This document shows, piece after piece, positions 36,900 to 45,563 of a DNA stretch of 64,000 bases (within the stretch, counting starts at the first letter, position 1; the number at the start of each line of letters is the position of its first letter). The notes beneath the pieces are model-generated. The model saw nothing but the letters and a program-made list of their open reading frames with translations, was not told the origin of the DNA and ran no database searches. Position numbers and translations under genes: made by a program. This DNA comes from Polyangiaceae bacterium (GTDB lineage Bacteria > Myxococcota_A > Polyangia > Polyangiales > Polyangiaceae): the NCBI GenBank assembly GCA_046351395.1, contig JAXLYP010000017.1, positions 1,508-65,507 of the forward strand. Reading direction: 5' to 3'.

Positions 36900-37733
36900 A
36901 TGAGCCGGACCGTCCGAACATCGACGCTCGCCGCTTGCGCCGTCGCGCTCTCCTGCGCCCTGGGGATCGCCCCCGCCGCGCGCGCGGAGCCCCCGGCGGA
37001 CACGCCGAACCACGGTGCGCACCCCGCGCTGGTCGTGGGCGCCGCCGATCTCGCGGTGACGGGCGTGCTCGTCCCGATCGGCATCGGCATGGGCGCGGGC
37101 GTCCGAGACAACGGGTGGGAGAAGGCGTCCGCCGTGATCGGGGCGGGGTTGGGGCTCGGCGCGATCGGCGCGGCCGCCGCGATCCATGGCGAAGGAGAGG
37201 GGGCGCGAACGTTGAAAGACCCCGTGGCCGCGGGCTTCGGCTGGATGTTCACGTCGCTCGCGGCGAGCGGCGTGGGCGCGGGGCTCGGGCTCGTGATCGG
37301 CGGCGACGAGGCCGCGAAGCCCGTCGGGGGGATCCTCGCCGCGTCCTCGCTCGCGTTCCTCGCGCCCGGGATCCCGCTGATCGCGGATGGAGAGCGCACG
37401 GCCGTCGAGCCTCCGCGTTGGGGGCCGCCCGCCGAGGCCGACCGCGCGCGGACCGAGATGAACAGCCCGGCGATGGTGGGGATCGGATCGACCTGCATCG
37501 TGCTCGGCGGCCTCGGCTCCTTCATCGGGCTCGCGGGGGTCGTCGCGGGCAGTGGCATCTCGGGCAGCGGGGGGGAGCAGCTCAGCGGGATCGGCGGAGG
37601 ACTCCTGGGCGGCGGGCTCGCGCTCGCGCTCGCGGTCGGCACGCCGCTCGTGGTGGTCGGCGCAAAGCGGGTCCCTGCGGCGCCGTCCGTGGGCGTCGGT
37701 CCGAGCAGGATCACGATGCGCGGCGAGTTCTGA
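36900..37733 (+). CDS. Gly-rich integral membrane/secreted protein (hypothetical)
   Basis: ATG 36900 gives MSRTVRTSTLAACAVALSCALGIAPAARAEP (signal peptide). Multiple Gly/Ala-rich hydrophobic segments (GAGLGLGAIGAAAAI, GVGAGLGLVIGG, GIGSTCIVLGGLGSFIGLAGVVAGSGISGSGG). Confidence 0.45.
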   Translation: MSRTVRTSTLAACAVALSCALGIAPAARAEPPADTPNHGAHPALVVGAADLAVTGVLVPIGIGMGAGVRDNGWEKASAVIGAGLGLGAIGAAAAIHGEGEGARTLKDPVAAGFGWMFTSLAASGVGAGLGLVIGGDEAAKPVGGILAASSLAFLAPGIPLIADGERTAVEPPRWGPPAEADRARTEMNSPAMVGIGSTCIVLGGLGSFIGLAGVVAGSGISGSGGEQLSGIGGGLLGGGLALALAVGTPLVVVGAKRVPAAPSVGVGPSRITMRGEF

Positions 37734-37779
37734 GGGCGCGGTCCTTGCGACTGCCTCGCGTCTACGCGATCGTTCACCG

Positions 37780-39974
37780 ATGGTGCGGACGCGCGCGATC
37801 TCCGCTTCGCTCGCCGCTTGTACGCTCGCGTCTCTGCTCGCGTCTCTGCTCGCGTCTCTGCTCGCGGGTTGTGGCGGGGGCATCGATCGTGGTGCGGCGC
37901 CGAGGGTGTCGACGAGCGCGAGCGCTTCTCCGGCGATCGCGTTGCCCGATCAGGATCCACCGAAGGGCACGCAGCGCGATGTCGTCGCGGTCGCCGTGGA
38001 TCATGGCGCCTGGTGCGCCGCGCTCTCGGACGGCCGCGTCGCCTGCTGGGGCGTGGGCCCGCTCGGACTCGCGACGCGCCCGACGATCGTCCCCGGAGTG
38101 AAGGAAGCCCGATCGATCATCCTGGTCGACGATCAGCTCTACGTGACGCACGCGAACGGCGACGTGACCTCTCACGGTCCGCCGCTGCGGGCGAGCGCGC
38201 CGCCCCTCGTCACGGGCTCCGCGACGTTCGTCGCAGGTGAAGACGTCGCGTGTTGGATCCTGGGGAACACGAACTTCAAGTGCACGAGGCGCGCGGATCG
38301 GCGCGCCATGATCACCGGCAACGGCGCCATCGCGATCGCCGCGGGCGCGCGGCACGCGTGCTTCATCCAGAGCGACGGGAGGGAGTCCGCTGCGTGGGCG
38401 CGAACGACGCTGGGCAGCTCGGCGCTGCCGCGGCGGAGGTCGCAGCAGCCGGGCACTGCGCATCCCGTCCGCACGCCGGCGCGGGCGGTCTCGGCCGAGA
38501 GGCGCACGGCTGCGCGCTCCTCGAGGACGGCTCCGTCTCGTGCTGGGGCTCCCCCGAGGCGGCGCTCGGCGCCACCCCGGGCGCCAAGGTCGCGGGCGTG
38601 TCGGGCGCGGTCGCGATCGCGAGCGGCGATTCGAACACGTGCGCGCTCGACGCCGAGGGCGCGCCCACGTGCTGGGGCTCGAACGGCCGCGGCCAGCGAG
38701 GCGCAGGAGACGTCGGCGGGATCGACCGTCCTCCGACGCAGGTCGGTCTGGACCGCGTGACTCGGATCGCCGTCGGCGAACGCACGTGCGCGGTGACGGC
38801 CGGCATGCATCTCTTCTGTTGGGGCGAGACGGTCGCGTACGCGCCCGTGCGGGCCGACCTCACCGAGCGCGCCACCTCGCTCGCGCTCGGGGCGGGGCGC
38901 TCGTGCGCGGAGACCGAACGCGGGTCGTTCTGCTGGGGAGATCTCGACGCGCGGTTCGACCTCACGAAGCCTCGCCCAGTCCGCCGCATCCCGGAGCTCG
39001 TCGATCCCCATCGGACGGTCGAGGCGCGCCGTGCCTGGCGAGCGCCGCTATGCGATCTGCACGATCGACGGCGCGGGCCGCGTCGCGTGCACGCGCTCCG
39101 AGGACACGTTCACCGAGACGCCCGCGTCGAACGATCCCCGCGTCGTGACCCCCGGGGTCGACGACGCCGTCGACCTGGCGGTCGGGGCGTCCCACGCGTG
39201 CGCGCTCCGCAGGAGCGGCGCCGTGGCGTGCTGGGGTGACAACTTCTACGGCGAGCTCGGCCGCGCGCCTTGCGGCGCGTTCGCGAGCGAGCGGGACCAA
39301 GTCATGGGGGACGAGCTGCCGAAGTGCAGCGCCCCCGAGGACAGTGCCCGGGACGTCCCGGGTGTCGCGGGCGCGACGGCGATCGCCGCGCGTGGGAACG
39401 TGAGCTGCGCGCTCCTCGCGCCCGGGACCGTCCAGTGTTGGGGTTCGGGGCCCGCGCGCGGCGCCATGTCAGGGCGATGGCAGCCCGGAGTGGGCCGCCT
39501 CCGCGATCGCCGGCGTCAGCGACGCCGTGCAGATCTCCGTCGGGAAGCTCCACGCGCGCGCGCGCGCACGGGCGGCGTGACGTGCTGGGGGACCGGGGAC
39601 ACAAACCCTACAATCCTCGGACGGGCGCGGTCGACGCGTCGCCGCTCGGAGCGATCTCGGTCCCGTTGCACGACGTGGTGGACATCGCGTCCGGCGATCG
39701 GATCACGTGCGCGGTGAAGAAGAGCGGCGCGGTCGCGTGCTTCGGCGTGTTCGACGACGCGACTCGTGGCGGCCTCCCGGAGGACGCGATGGGGACGTGG
39801 ATCTTCAGTGCAGAACCTCCCGCAACGCCTCGCGCGTCGCCGGTCGGGGGCGATCCGCGATGCGCGATCACCCGCGCCGGCACCGTCTATTGCTGGGGTC
39901 ATGGGAAGGTCGGGCAGCTCGGCGACGGCAGCGGTGGGGCACGCCGATCGGGCGCGGCCATCGTCCTCGAGTAG
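37780..39974 (+). pseudogene. RCC1-repeat lipoprotein broken by at least three or four frameshifts
   Basis: ATG 37780 gives MVRTRAISASLAACTLASLLASLLASLLAGCGGG (lipobox). RCC1-type repeats (HGAWCAALSDGRVACWG; ARHACFIQSDGRE|; |GVRCVGANDAGQLG; GCALLEDGSVSCWG; TCALDAEGAPTCWGSNGRGQRG; HLFCWG; SFCWG; AICTIDGAGRVACT; ASHACALRRSGAVACWGDNFYGELG; NVSCALLAPGTVQCWG; GVTCWGTGDTN; RITCAVKKSGAVACFG; RCAITRAGTVYCWGHGKVGQLGDG). These continue across four different reading frames (tracks 37552, 38250, 39031, 39270/39707). Frame switches occur mid-repeat, e.g. at about 38390 (gacgggagggagtcc). Confidence 0.6.
37825..37867. repeat. 12-nt tandem repeat (ctcgcgtctctg) x3.5 encoding (ASLL)3 in the signal peptide
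   Basis: Direct reading: ctcgcgtctctgctcgcgtctctgctcgcgtctctgctcgcgg. Confidence 0.8.
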
Positions 39975-40093
39975 AGCGCGCGAGACTCGCGGCGCGCCTC
40001 ACCAGCGACGCGGCCGACGGCGCAGAAGGGGCGCGCGCGGAGCCGCACGAGGAGGCAGGCCGAGGGTCAGGCCGAACGAGATCCCGCTCCCGC

Positions 40094-41275
40094 TCAGCGT
40101 GATCTGAAACCCGCTCGCCGGTGGGGACGGCGTCGACGGCGCGTCGAGGAGGGCGCGCCGCGCAGACTCCGCGGACACCGCGAGCGCCTTCGGCTTGGTC
40201 GACGCGCTCGGCGACGAACTCGCGCGTCTCGCGCTCGCTGAAAACGAGCACCGCGACGACGCCGCGAGCGCGATCCGCCGAGCGCGAGGCCGAGGGTGAG
40301 CGCGGTCCGGCGCGGTCGCCGCGCGCCCACGGCGGGCGGAGGGAGCGCGAACGCGGGCGCGTGCACCATCGTGTGCTGCGCGGCGACCGCGGCGAGGTGA
40401 GGCGTGGGTGCGTCCGGGGCGACGCGCTGGCGCGCTTCGGTGAGCCGCGCGAACACCTCCGCCATCGTCGGCCTCGAGGCCGGTGTCTTCGCGAGCATCC
40501 CGTCGACGAGCGCAGCGAGCTCGATCGGCGCGGACGGCGCGCGCGAAGCGAGCGGCGGCGCGGGCTCGATCGTGAGCTTCATGAGCATGTCGAGCAGCTC
40601 CTCCGCGTCGAACGGACGCGCCCCCGAGACGAGCTCGAAGAGGAGCGTGCCGAGCGAGAAGACGTCGCTCGGCGCCGCCACGTCGCGCTCGCCGGTCGCC
40701 TGCTCGGGGGACATGTACGCTGGCGTCCCGATCGCGGTCCCGGCCTCCGTGAGGGCCCGGCCCGTCCGGGTTCGGGCCACGCCGAAGTCGAGGAGCTTCA
40801 CGAGCGACGTGGATCCGCGCACGAGGTAGACGTTCGCGGGCTTTACGTCGCGGTGGACGACGCCGCGCGCGTGCGCTCCCGAGAGCGCGCTCGCGAGCGC
40901 CAGGCCCACGTCGATCGTCTCGGGCAGCGTGAGGGGGGCGCGCTCCATCCGCGCCTTCAGCGTCTCGCCGACGAGCCACTCCATCACGAGGAACGGCTCC
41001 GCGGCAGACGTGCGCCCGTGCGCCACGTACCGGACGACGGAAGGGTGCTGGAGCGCGAGCAGGATCTCCGCCTCACGCTCGAACCGCGAAGCCTCCTCGG
41101 TGCCGCTCGCGGAGTCGGGGCGCTTCAGGACCTTCACCGCGACGTCCCCGCCGACCGCGAGATCTTTCGCGCGGAACACGAGCCCCATCGCCCCCGAGCC
41201 CACGAGGTGGTCGAGGCGGAAGCGCCGTTCGAGGAGGTCTCCGACACGCATGGACGGTTCGGCCACGCTCAGCAA
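40094..41275 (-). CDS. Ser/Thr protein kinase with basic C-terminal tail
   Basis: LVGSGAMGLVFRA, AVKVLK, HRDVKPANV, DFG and SPEQ. C-terminus ...TALTLGLALGGSRSRRRRG is a hydrophobic stretch plus an Arg-rich tail. An alternative start lies at M9. Confidence 0.8.
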   Translation of the reverse strand: MLSVAEPSMRVGDLLERRFRLDHLVGSGAMGLVFRAKDLAVGGDVAVKVLKRPDSASGTEEASRFEREAEILLALQHPSVVRYVAHGRTSAAEPFLVMEWLVGETLKARMERAPLTLPETIDVGLALASALSGAHARGVVHRDVKPANVYLVRGSTSLVKLLDFGVARTRTGRALTEAGTAIGTPAYMSPEQATGERDVAAPSDVFSLGTLLFELVSGARPFDAEELLDMLMKLTIEPAPPLASRAPSAPIELAALVDGMLAKTPASRPTMAEVFARLTEARQRVAPDAPTPHLAAVAAQHTMVHAPAFALPPPAVGARRPRRTALTLGLALGGSRSRRRRGARFQRARDARVRRRARRPSRRRSRCPRSLRGAPSSTRRRRRPHRRAGFRSR

Positions 41276-41653
41276 CCGAGGGGCCAGCTCTCATCATCGG
41301 TGCGCGCGAGGTCCGTCGAAAGCGGTTCTTCCGCTATTCGACGGGCGGCGCGGCGCCGTCGGAGGGGGCGGAGGCGTTCGCTGTAGCGCGGAGCGCCACC
41401 CGTAGCGCCCGATGCACGCTCCGCGGGTCGAGGGCTACCTGCGGTCGCGGAGCCAGGCGCCCCACGGGGCTTGCCGGAGGAAGGCCCAACCCGGGCGCGC
41501 GTCGTGTCGTCGAGCTCGCCGGTCGGCCGCCAGCCGGAGCGCGCGCGCGAGCTCCTCCACCCGCGCGAAGCGGTTGCGCTTCCGCTTCGCGACACCCAAC
41601 GCGAGCACCAGCTCGACCTCCACGGGCACGCGCACCATCGCGCCGGGCGGGGG

Positions 41654-42931
41654 TCACGGGATCATCTTCGTGAACGTGTCCTGCACCACGCCGTCCGCGT
41701 CGATGACCTTGCCCGTCACGGTCGTGGCGCCGACGTCCATGATCATCGCGTGGTAGAAGCCGCCGCTCTTCACGCGGTCCTTGCAATACGGGCGCTCGAT
41801 GTTCTCGTCGACGTTCGTGATGACGCCGCCCCCGCCGGCGCTCGTGATGTACGTCATCCCGTCGGGGAGCTCGAAGCGCTCGTACCCGTGCATGTGAGCC
41901 TGGAGGACGAACATCACCTTGTGCTGGAGGAACAGCGGCTCGAACGCCTGATAGGCGGTCTCGTTGTCGCCCGTGTCTCCGCACGTTCGGAACGGCTTGT
42001 GGAAGTAGATGACGGAGAACCGGTAGCCCGGCTTCGACGCGGCGTCCGCGAGGCTCGTCGCGAGCCATACGCCTTGCTCGCTCACCGGGTCGAGCGGCAG
42101 CTCCGTGTTCACCGAGAAGAACCAGACGCCCGCGTTCTCGAAGCGATAGTACGTGTCCCCGCCGTCGAAGCCGGCCCCGCCGAAGAAGCGAAGCGCATAG
42201 AGGGAGAGCTCGTCGCTCTTCTCGCTCTCGTGGTTTCCGATCGCCGGAAAGAACGCGCCCTGCGAGAGCATGGGCTGCATGATGGGGAACCAGAGCGCCC
42301 AGGTCTCGAGCGTCGAGGCGTAGTATTGGATGTCGCCACCGTGCAGCACGAACTCCGGCTTCTCCGGCAGCGCGTGGGAGAGCGTCTTCGCCGTCGTCCC
42401 GAGCGCGGGGTTCGTGTCGCCAATCACCATGAAGCGCAGCGGATCACCGGACGGGTGCGCCGTGCAGAACCGGCCCTTGCGGGTCGCATCTGCGGCGAGT
42501 GAATAGCCGTAGCACGCGCCCGCCTGGAGCCCCGTCACGGTCGCCTCGTGCATGTAGTACGTGCCAGCCCAATCGGGGGGCGCCTTCGAATCGAGAGGCG
42601 CCGGGTACGTGTTCTCGAGGGTCACGGTGCTCTCGACGGCGGTGACGGTGACCGGCGGATCAGACCCTCCCTCACGCTCGATCGTCACGTCCGCGGGCGT
42701 CCCTGCGGCGCACGCCTCCCAGCGGATCTTCGCGGACGTGCCGTCCACGTGGAGCGCCCAAGGCCCCTTCGTGATCGACGGTGAAACGCACACCAAGCCC
42801 TTTTCTCCGCCCGATCCGCCCGAGCCGGACGAGCTCGAGGAGGACGAGCTCGTCGCCGTCGCGCCATCGTCGCAAGACCACAGCGCGCACGTGAGCACCG
42901 CGGCGGTCCATCGGAGCGTTCGCCTCTGCAT
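41654..42931 (-). CDS. Metallophosphoesterase (purple acid phosphatase-like) lipoprotein
   Basis: MQRRTLRWTAAVLTCALWSCDDG (lipobox). Calcineurin-like phosphoesterase motifs GDTN, GGDIQY, GNHE and HMHGYER. N-terminal fibronectin-like PAP domain. Confidence 0.75.
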   Translation of the reverse strand: MQRRTLRWTAAVLTCALWSCDDGATATSSSSSSSSGSGGSGGEKGLVCVSPSITKGPWALHVDGTSAKIRWEACAAGTPADVTIEREGGSDPPVTVTAVESTVTLENTYPAPLDSKAPPDWAGTYYMHEATVTGLQAGACYGYSLAADATRKGRFCTAHPSGDPLRFMVIGDTNPALGTTAKTLSHALPEKPEFVLHGGDIQYYASTLETWALWFPIMQPMLSQGAFFPAIGNHESEKSDELSLYALRFFGGAGFDGGDTYYRFENAGVWFFSVNTELPLDPVSEQGVWLATSLADAASKPGYRFSVIYFHKPFRTCGDTGDNETAYQAFEPLFLQHKVMFVLQAHMHGYERFELPDGMTYITSAGGGGVITNVDENIERPYCKDRVKSGGFYHAMIMDVGATTVTGKVIDADGVVQDTFTKMIP

Positions 42932-43054
42932 GCGCCGAGGATACTGCCTCCATCGGCGCTCCGCCGGCTCTCCGCGCGCCTCCCTTGGGGCGGGCGCCCG
43001 GCTGGCCTCGGCCCCTCCGGGGGACGAGCGCCGATCCTTCGCCGGCCCCCCGCG

Positions 43055-44044
43055 TCAGCGCCAATCGATCGTGTAGCCGAGATCGTGGCCGATCGCGGCG
43101 GAGAACTTCCTCACGGAGACGCTCGCCATGCGCTCGCTGAGGTCGACGGGGATGTGCGTGGTGAGCCAACCGCCGACCCCCATGAACTCGCCCACCGCGT
43201 GTCGCCCGCCGCTCGGTCCCTCGTAGCGGACGCGCGCCTCTTGCTTGCCCGCGCGCGCGAGGAGATCGATGAGGTCGCGCAAGAGGATGTACGACGTGTC
43301 GTTCAGGTGGGTCGCCCAGTTCGCGACCGGCATGAAGTCGACCAGGTGGACCAACTGGTAGTTGAGGCCGATCCAAAGGTCCTCCGCCGTCAACTCGATC
43401 GGCTCGTTGTCGATCACGCGCCGAAAGCGGATCCCGCGGAGCGCGCTCAGGCGGCCCAGGTTCTCCCGGAGCTCGCGCCGCAGATCGCCTGCGTAGAGGA
43501 GTCTGAGGAGGGACGGGAACGCCTCGATGTGCGTCCACTCGAACGGGCTCACGAGCGCCCGGAAGCGCGGGATCTTGCTCTTGTCCATCGCGAACGTGTT
43601 CGTCCCGGTGCCGAGGATCGAGTGCAGCAGGAGCACGAGCGGGGAGCGCTCGGGGTAGTGACGCACGCCGTACTCGAAGCAGAAATAGAGATGGTCGAGG
43701 AACGATCCGTCCGCGTGCTCGACGTCGAAGTCGCACTCCTCGACGAGGAACTTGAGGAGCGCTGGGTCGACCTCGGGCAACGGACCCTCCGCGGCGCGCT
43801 CGTCGTATGCCGCTTGGACGCGCTTGGCGTCGTCCACGAACCAGCGCACGTCCTTCGCGATGCGCTTCTTGATCACGTAGCGCGCCGCCCGCCCCTCGAG
43901 CGTCTGGAAGATGGTGCGTCCGAGATCGAAGTCCGGGATGGGGAGCACCGCGACGGCGCCCGCGTGATCGGTGGCGCCGCCGTGCGCGATGGCGGCTTTG
44001 CGTTGGTACGAGGGCTCGGGGCGGATGGCTGCGGATTGCTTCAT
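43055..44044 (-). CDS. Hypothetical protein
   Basis: ATG 44044 (MKQSAAIRPEPSYQRKAAIAHGG...). 329 aa with balanced composition, rich in aromatic and charged residues (HLYFCFEYGVRHYPERSPLVLLLHSILGTGTNTFAMDKSKIPRF...). The antisense ORF is Arg/Asp junk. Confidence 0.55.
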   Translation of the reverse strand: MKQSAAIRPEPSYQRKAAIAHGGATDHAGAVAVLPIPDFDLGRTIFQTLEGRAARYVIKKRIAKDVRWFVDDAKRVQAAYDERAAEGPLPEVDPALLKFLVEECDFDVEHADGSFLDHLYFCFEYGVRHYPERSPLVLLLHSILGTGTNTFAMDKSKIPRFRALVSPFEWTHIEAFPSLLRLLYAGDLRRELRENLGRLSALRGIRFRRVIDNEPIELTAEDLWIGLNYQLVHLVDFMPVANWATHLNDTSYILLRDLIDLLARAGKQEARVRYEGPSGGRHAVGEFMGVGGWLTTHIPVDLSERMASVSVRKFSAAIGHDLGYTIDWR

Positions 44045-44061
44045 CGAGGTGGCGCCGGAGC

Positions 44062-44889
44062 TTAGTCGGCCCTCGGCGGCGCGCGAAAGACCGTCTTCAT
44101 TACCGTCGACTCGCGCGGACGGAGCGTTCGCGCGCGGCGCGCCGCCATCGCGATTCCGCCCACCGCGAACGCGCCGAAGAGCGCCCCGAGAGGGCTCGCC
44201 GCGCCCACCGCGGAGATCACGCAGCCGCTCGATCCGCTGTCCGCGCCCGCGCCGCCCGCGCCGGACGACGTCGTGGTCGAGCCGCCCGACGTGACCGAGG
44301 TCGGCGGGGCGGTGCCGATCGAGACCGTCGCGCAGTGGTGATAGAAGCAGCCGCCCGGATCGTTCAGCGCGTGGTTCGACATGAACTCGAGCACCTGCAA
44401 GGTGCAGTGATCGCACTTCACGCCCGCCGGGAGCGTGACCTCGAACGACTGCGGGCCGCTGAACGGGCTCGTGTGGACGAGCTCTCCGTCCGCGAGCACC
44501 GGGAAGACCGGCGGGTCCTGGATGACCGTGGAGCCGCACGCGGTCGAGCCCGCAGTGACCGGCGGCTCCTCCGGTAGATCCGCGGGGCCGTTCAGCCCGA
44601 GGGCCACGCGGTAGTGTCCCGGGTGGGCGATCGTCTCGTCGATCGTGATCGTGATCGTCTGGCCCTCTGCATAGGCGGTCACGAGACCGTTGTCCGCGCC
44701 GCCGCCGCACGGCGGCTCCTTCTGCGGGCTCCCGAGGACGTCCTGATCCGTCGACGCGGGCGGCTCGTCGAGGATGAAGTGCGCGCTCGCCGTGGACGGC
44801 GAGACGAACAGCGCGCCGAAGGCGAACGCGAGGGCCGCCGCGGCGAGTACGCGCTGGGGCGCGGAGGGACGAGCGAGCATGCGGTGCAT
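44062..44889 (-). CDS. Secreted protein with predicted N-terminal His after signal cleavage and MYXO-CTERM-like anchor (hypothetical)
   Basis: ATG 44889 gives MHRMLARPSAPQRVLAAAALAFAFGALFVSPSTASA|HFILDEPP (signal peptide). C-terminus DSGSSGCVISAVGAASPLGALFGAFAVGGIAMAARRARTLR is a GC motif, a TM helix and an Arg-rich tail, i.e. MYXO-CTERM-like. There is a Ser/Thr/Gly linker before the anchor. Confidence 0.6.
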   Translation of the reverse strand: MHRMLARPSAPQRVLAAAALAFAFGALFVSPSTASAHFILDEPPASTDQDVLGSPQKEPPCGGGADNGLVTAYAEGQTITITIDETIAHPGHYRVALGLNGPADLPEEPPVTAGSTACGSTVIQDPPVFPVLADGELVHTSPFSGPQSFEVTLPAGVKCDHCTLQVLEFMSNHALNDPGGCFYHHCATVSIGTAPPTSVTSGGSTTTSSGAGGAGADSGSSGCVISAVGAASPLGALFGAFAVGGIAMAARRARTLRPRESTVMKTVFRAPPRAD

Positions 44890-44939
44890 GGTCCGTCGCG
44901 CGCTGGCCGAGTGCAAACGCGTTCTCTCGCGGGCGCCCG

Positions 44940-45404
44940 TCATTTGCAGTCGCTGCAGTTGCACTTGTTCTCGTCCCCGGAGCACTTTCCGTCTCCGCAG
45001 TGCTTCGTGCACACGGCAGGCGCGGACGCGACGGGCGGCGGTGGGAGGCACTTTCCGTCCGGGCCGAGGATTCCCATCGTGAAGACGGGGCCGAGTCCAG
45101 GGCAACACGACCTGGTGTTGGGGTGCCCCGGGAACGTCTCGATCGTCTCGTTCTCCTTCCCGCAATTCGGCGGTGGAACCGCGGCGTCGCCGCTCCCTGT
45201 CGTCGCCGACGCGCCCCCCGTCGTCGTGCCACCGCCGCTCGTCGACGCGGCGCTCGTGGTTCCCTGTGTCGCGGCGGTCTGCGTCGCGGCCACCGTGGCG
45301 GTGGCGGTGGCGTTCCCCTCGGGGGTCGTGGGCGCTGGCGCCGCGCACGCGACCCAGCAGACGGAGACGAGCGCGAGCGGCGGCACGGCGAGCAGAGCCT
45401 TCAT
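44940..45404 (-). CDS. Small Cys-rich secreted lipoprotein (hypothetical)
   Basis: ATG 45404 gives MKALLAVPPLALVSVCWVACAAP, then a Thr/Ala/Gly linker, then 10 Cys in the last 70 aa (NCGKENE..CCPG..KCL..CTKHCGDGKCSGDENKCNCSDCK). Confidence 0.55.
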   Translation of the reverse strand: MKALLAVPPLALVSVCWVACAAPAPTTPEGNATATATVAATQTAATQGTTSAASTSGGGTTTGGASATTGSGDAAVPPPNCGKENETIETFPGHPNTRSCCPGLGPVFTMGILGPDGKCLPPPPVASAPAVCTKHCGDGKCSGDENKCNCSDCK

Positions 45405-45563
45405 GCACTTGAGGTATCGAAGCGGTTCGGCCGAGGCAAGCCGCGGCGCCTCCGCGAGGGGATCCGCGACTGCGAGGGCTCTCCTCAACGTGAGGATCGG
45501 ACCGTCTCGGCCATCGTCACGAAGGCGCGACGCCCTTGGAGAGACGTCGAGGCGTCCGCGCGG

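Noticed and set aside
41435-41638. 67-aa ORF (-) in the 380-bp gap between the kinase and the phosphoesterase genes
   Set aside because: Basic and helical, so it could be a small DNA-binding or antitoxin-like protein. But there is no RBS or motif and the Arg bias is typical of GC-rich noise. Not enough support.
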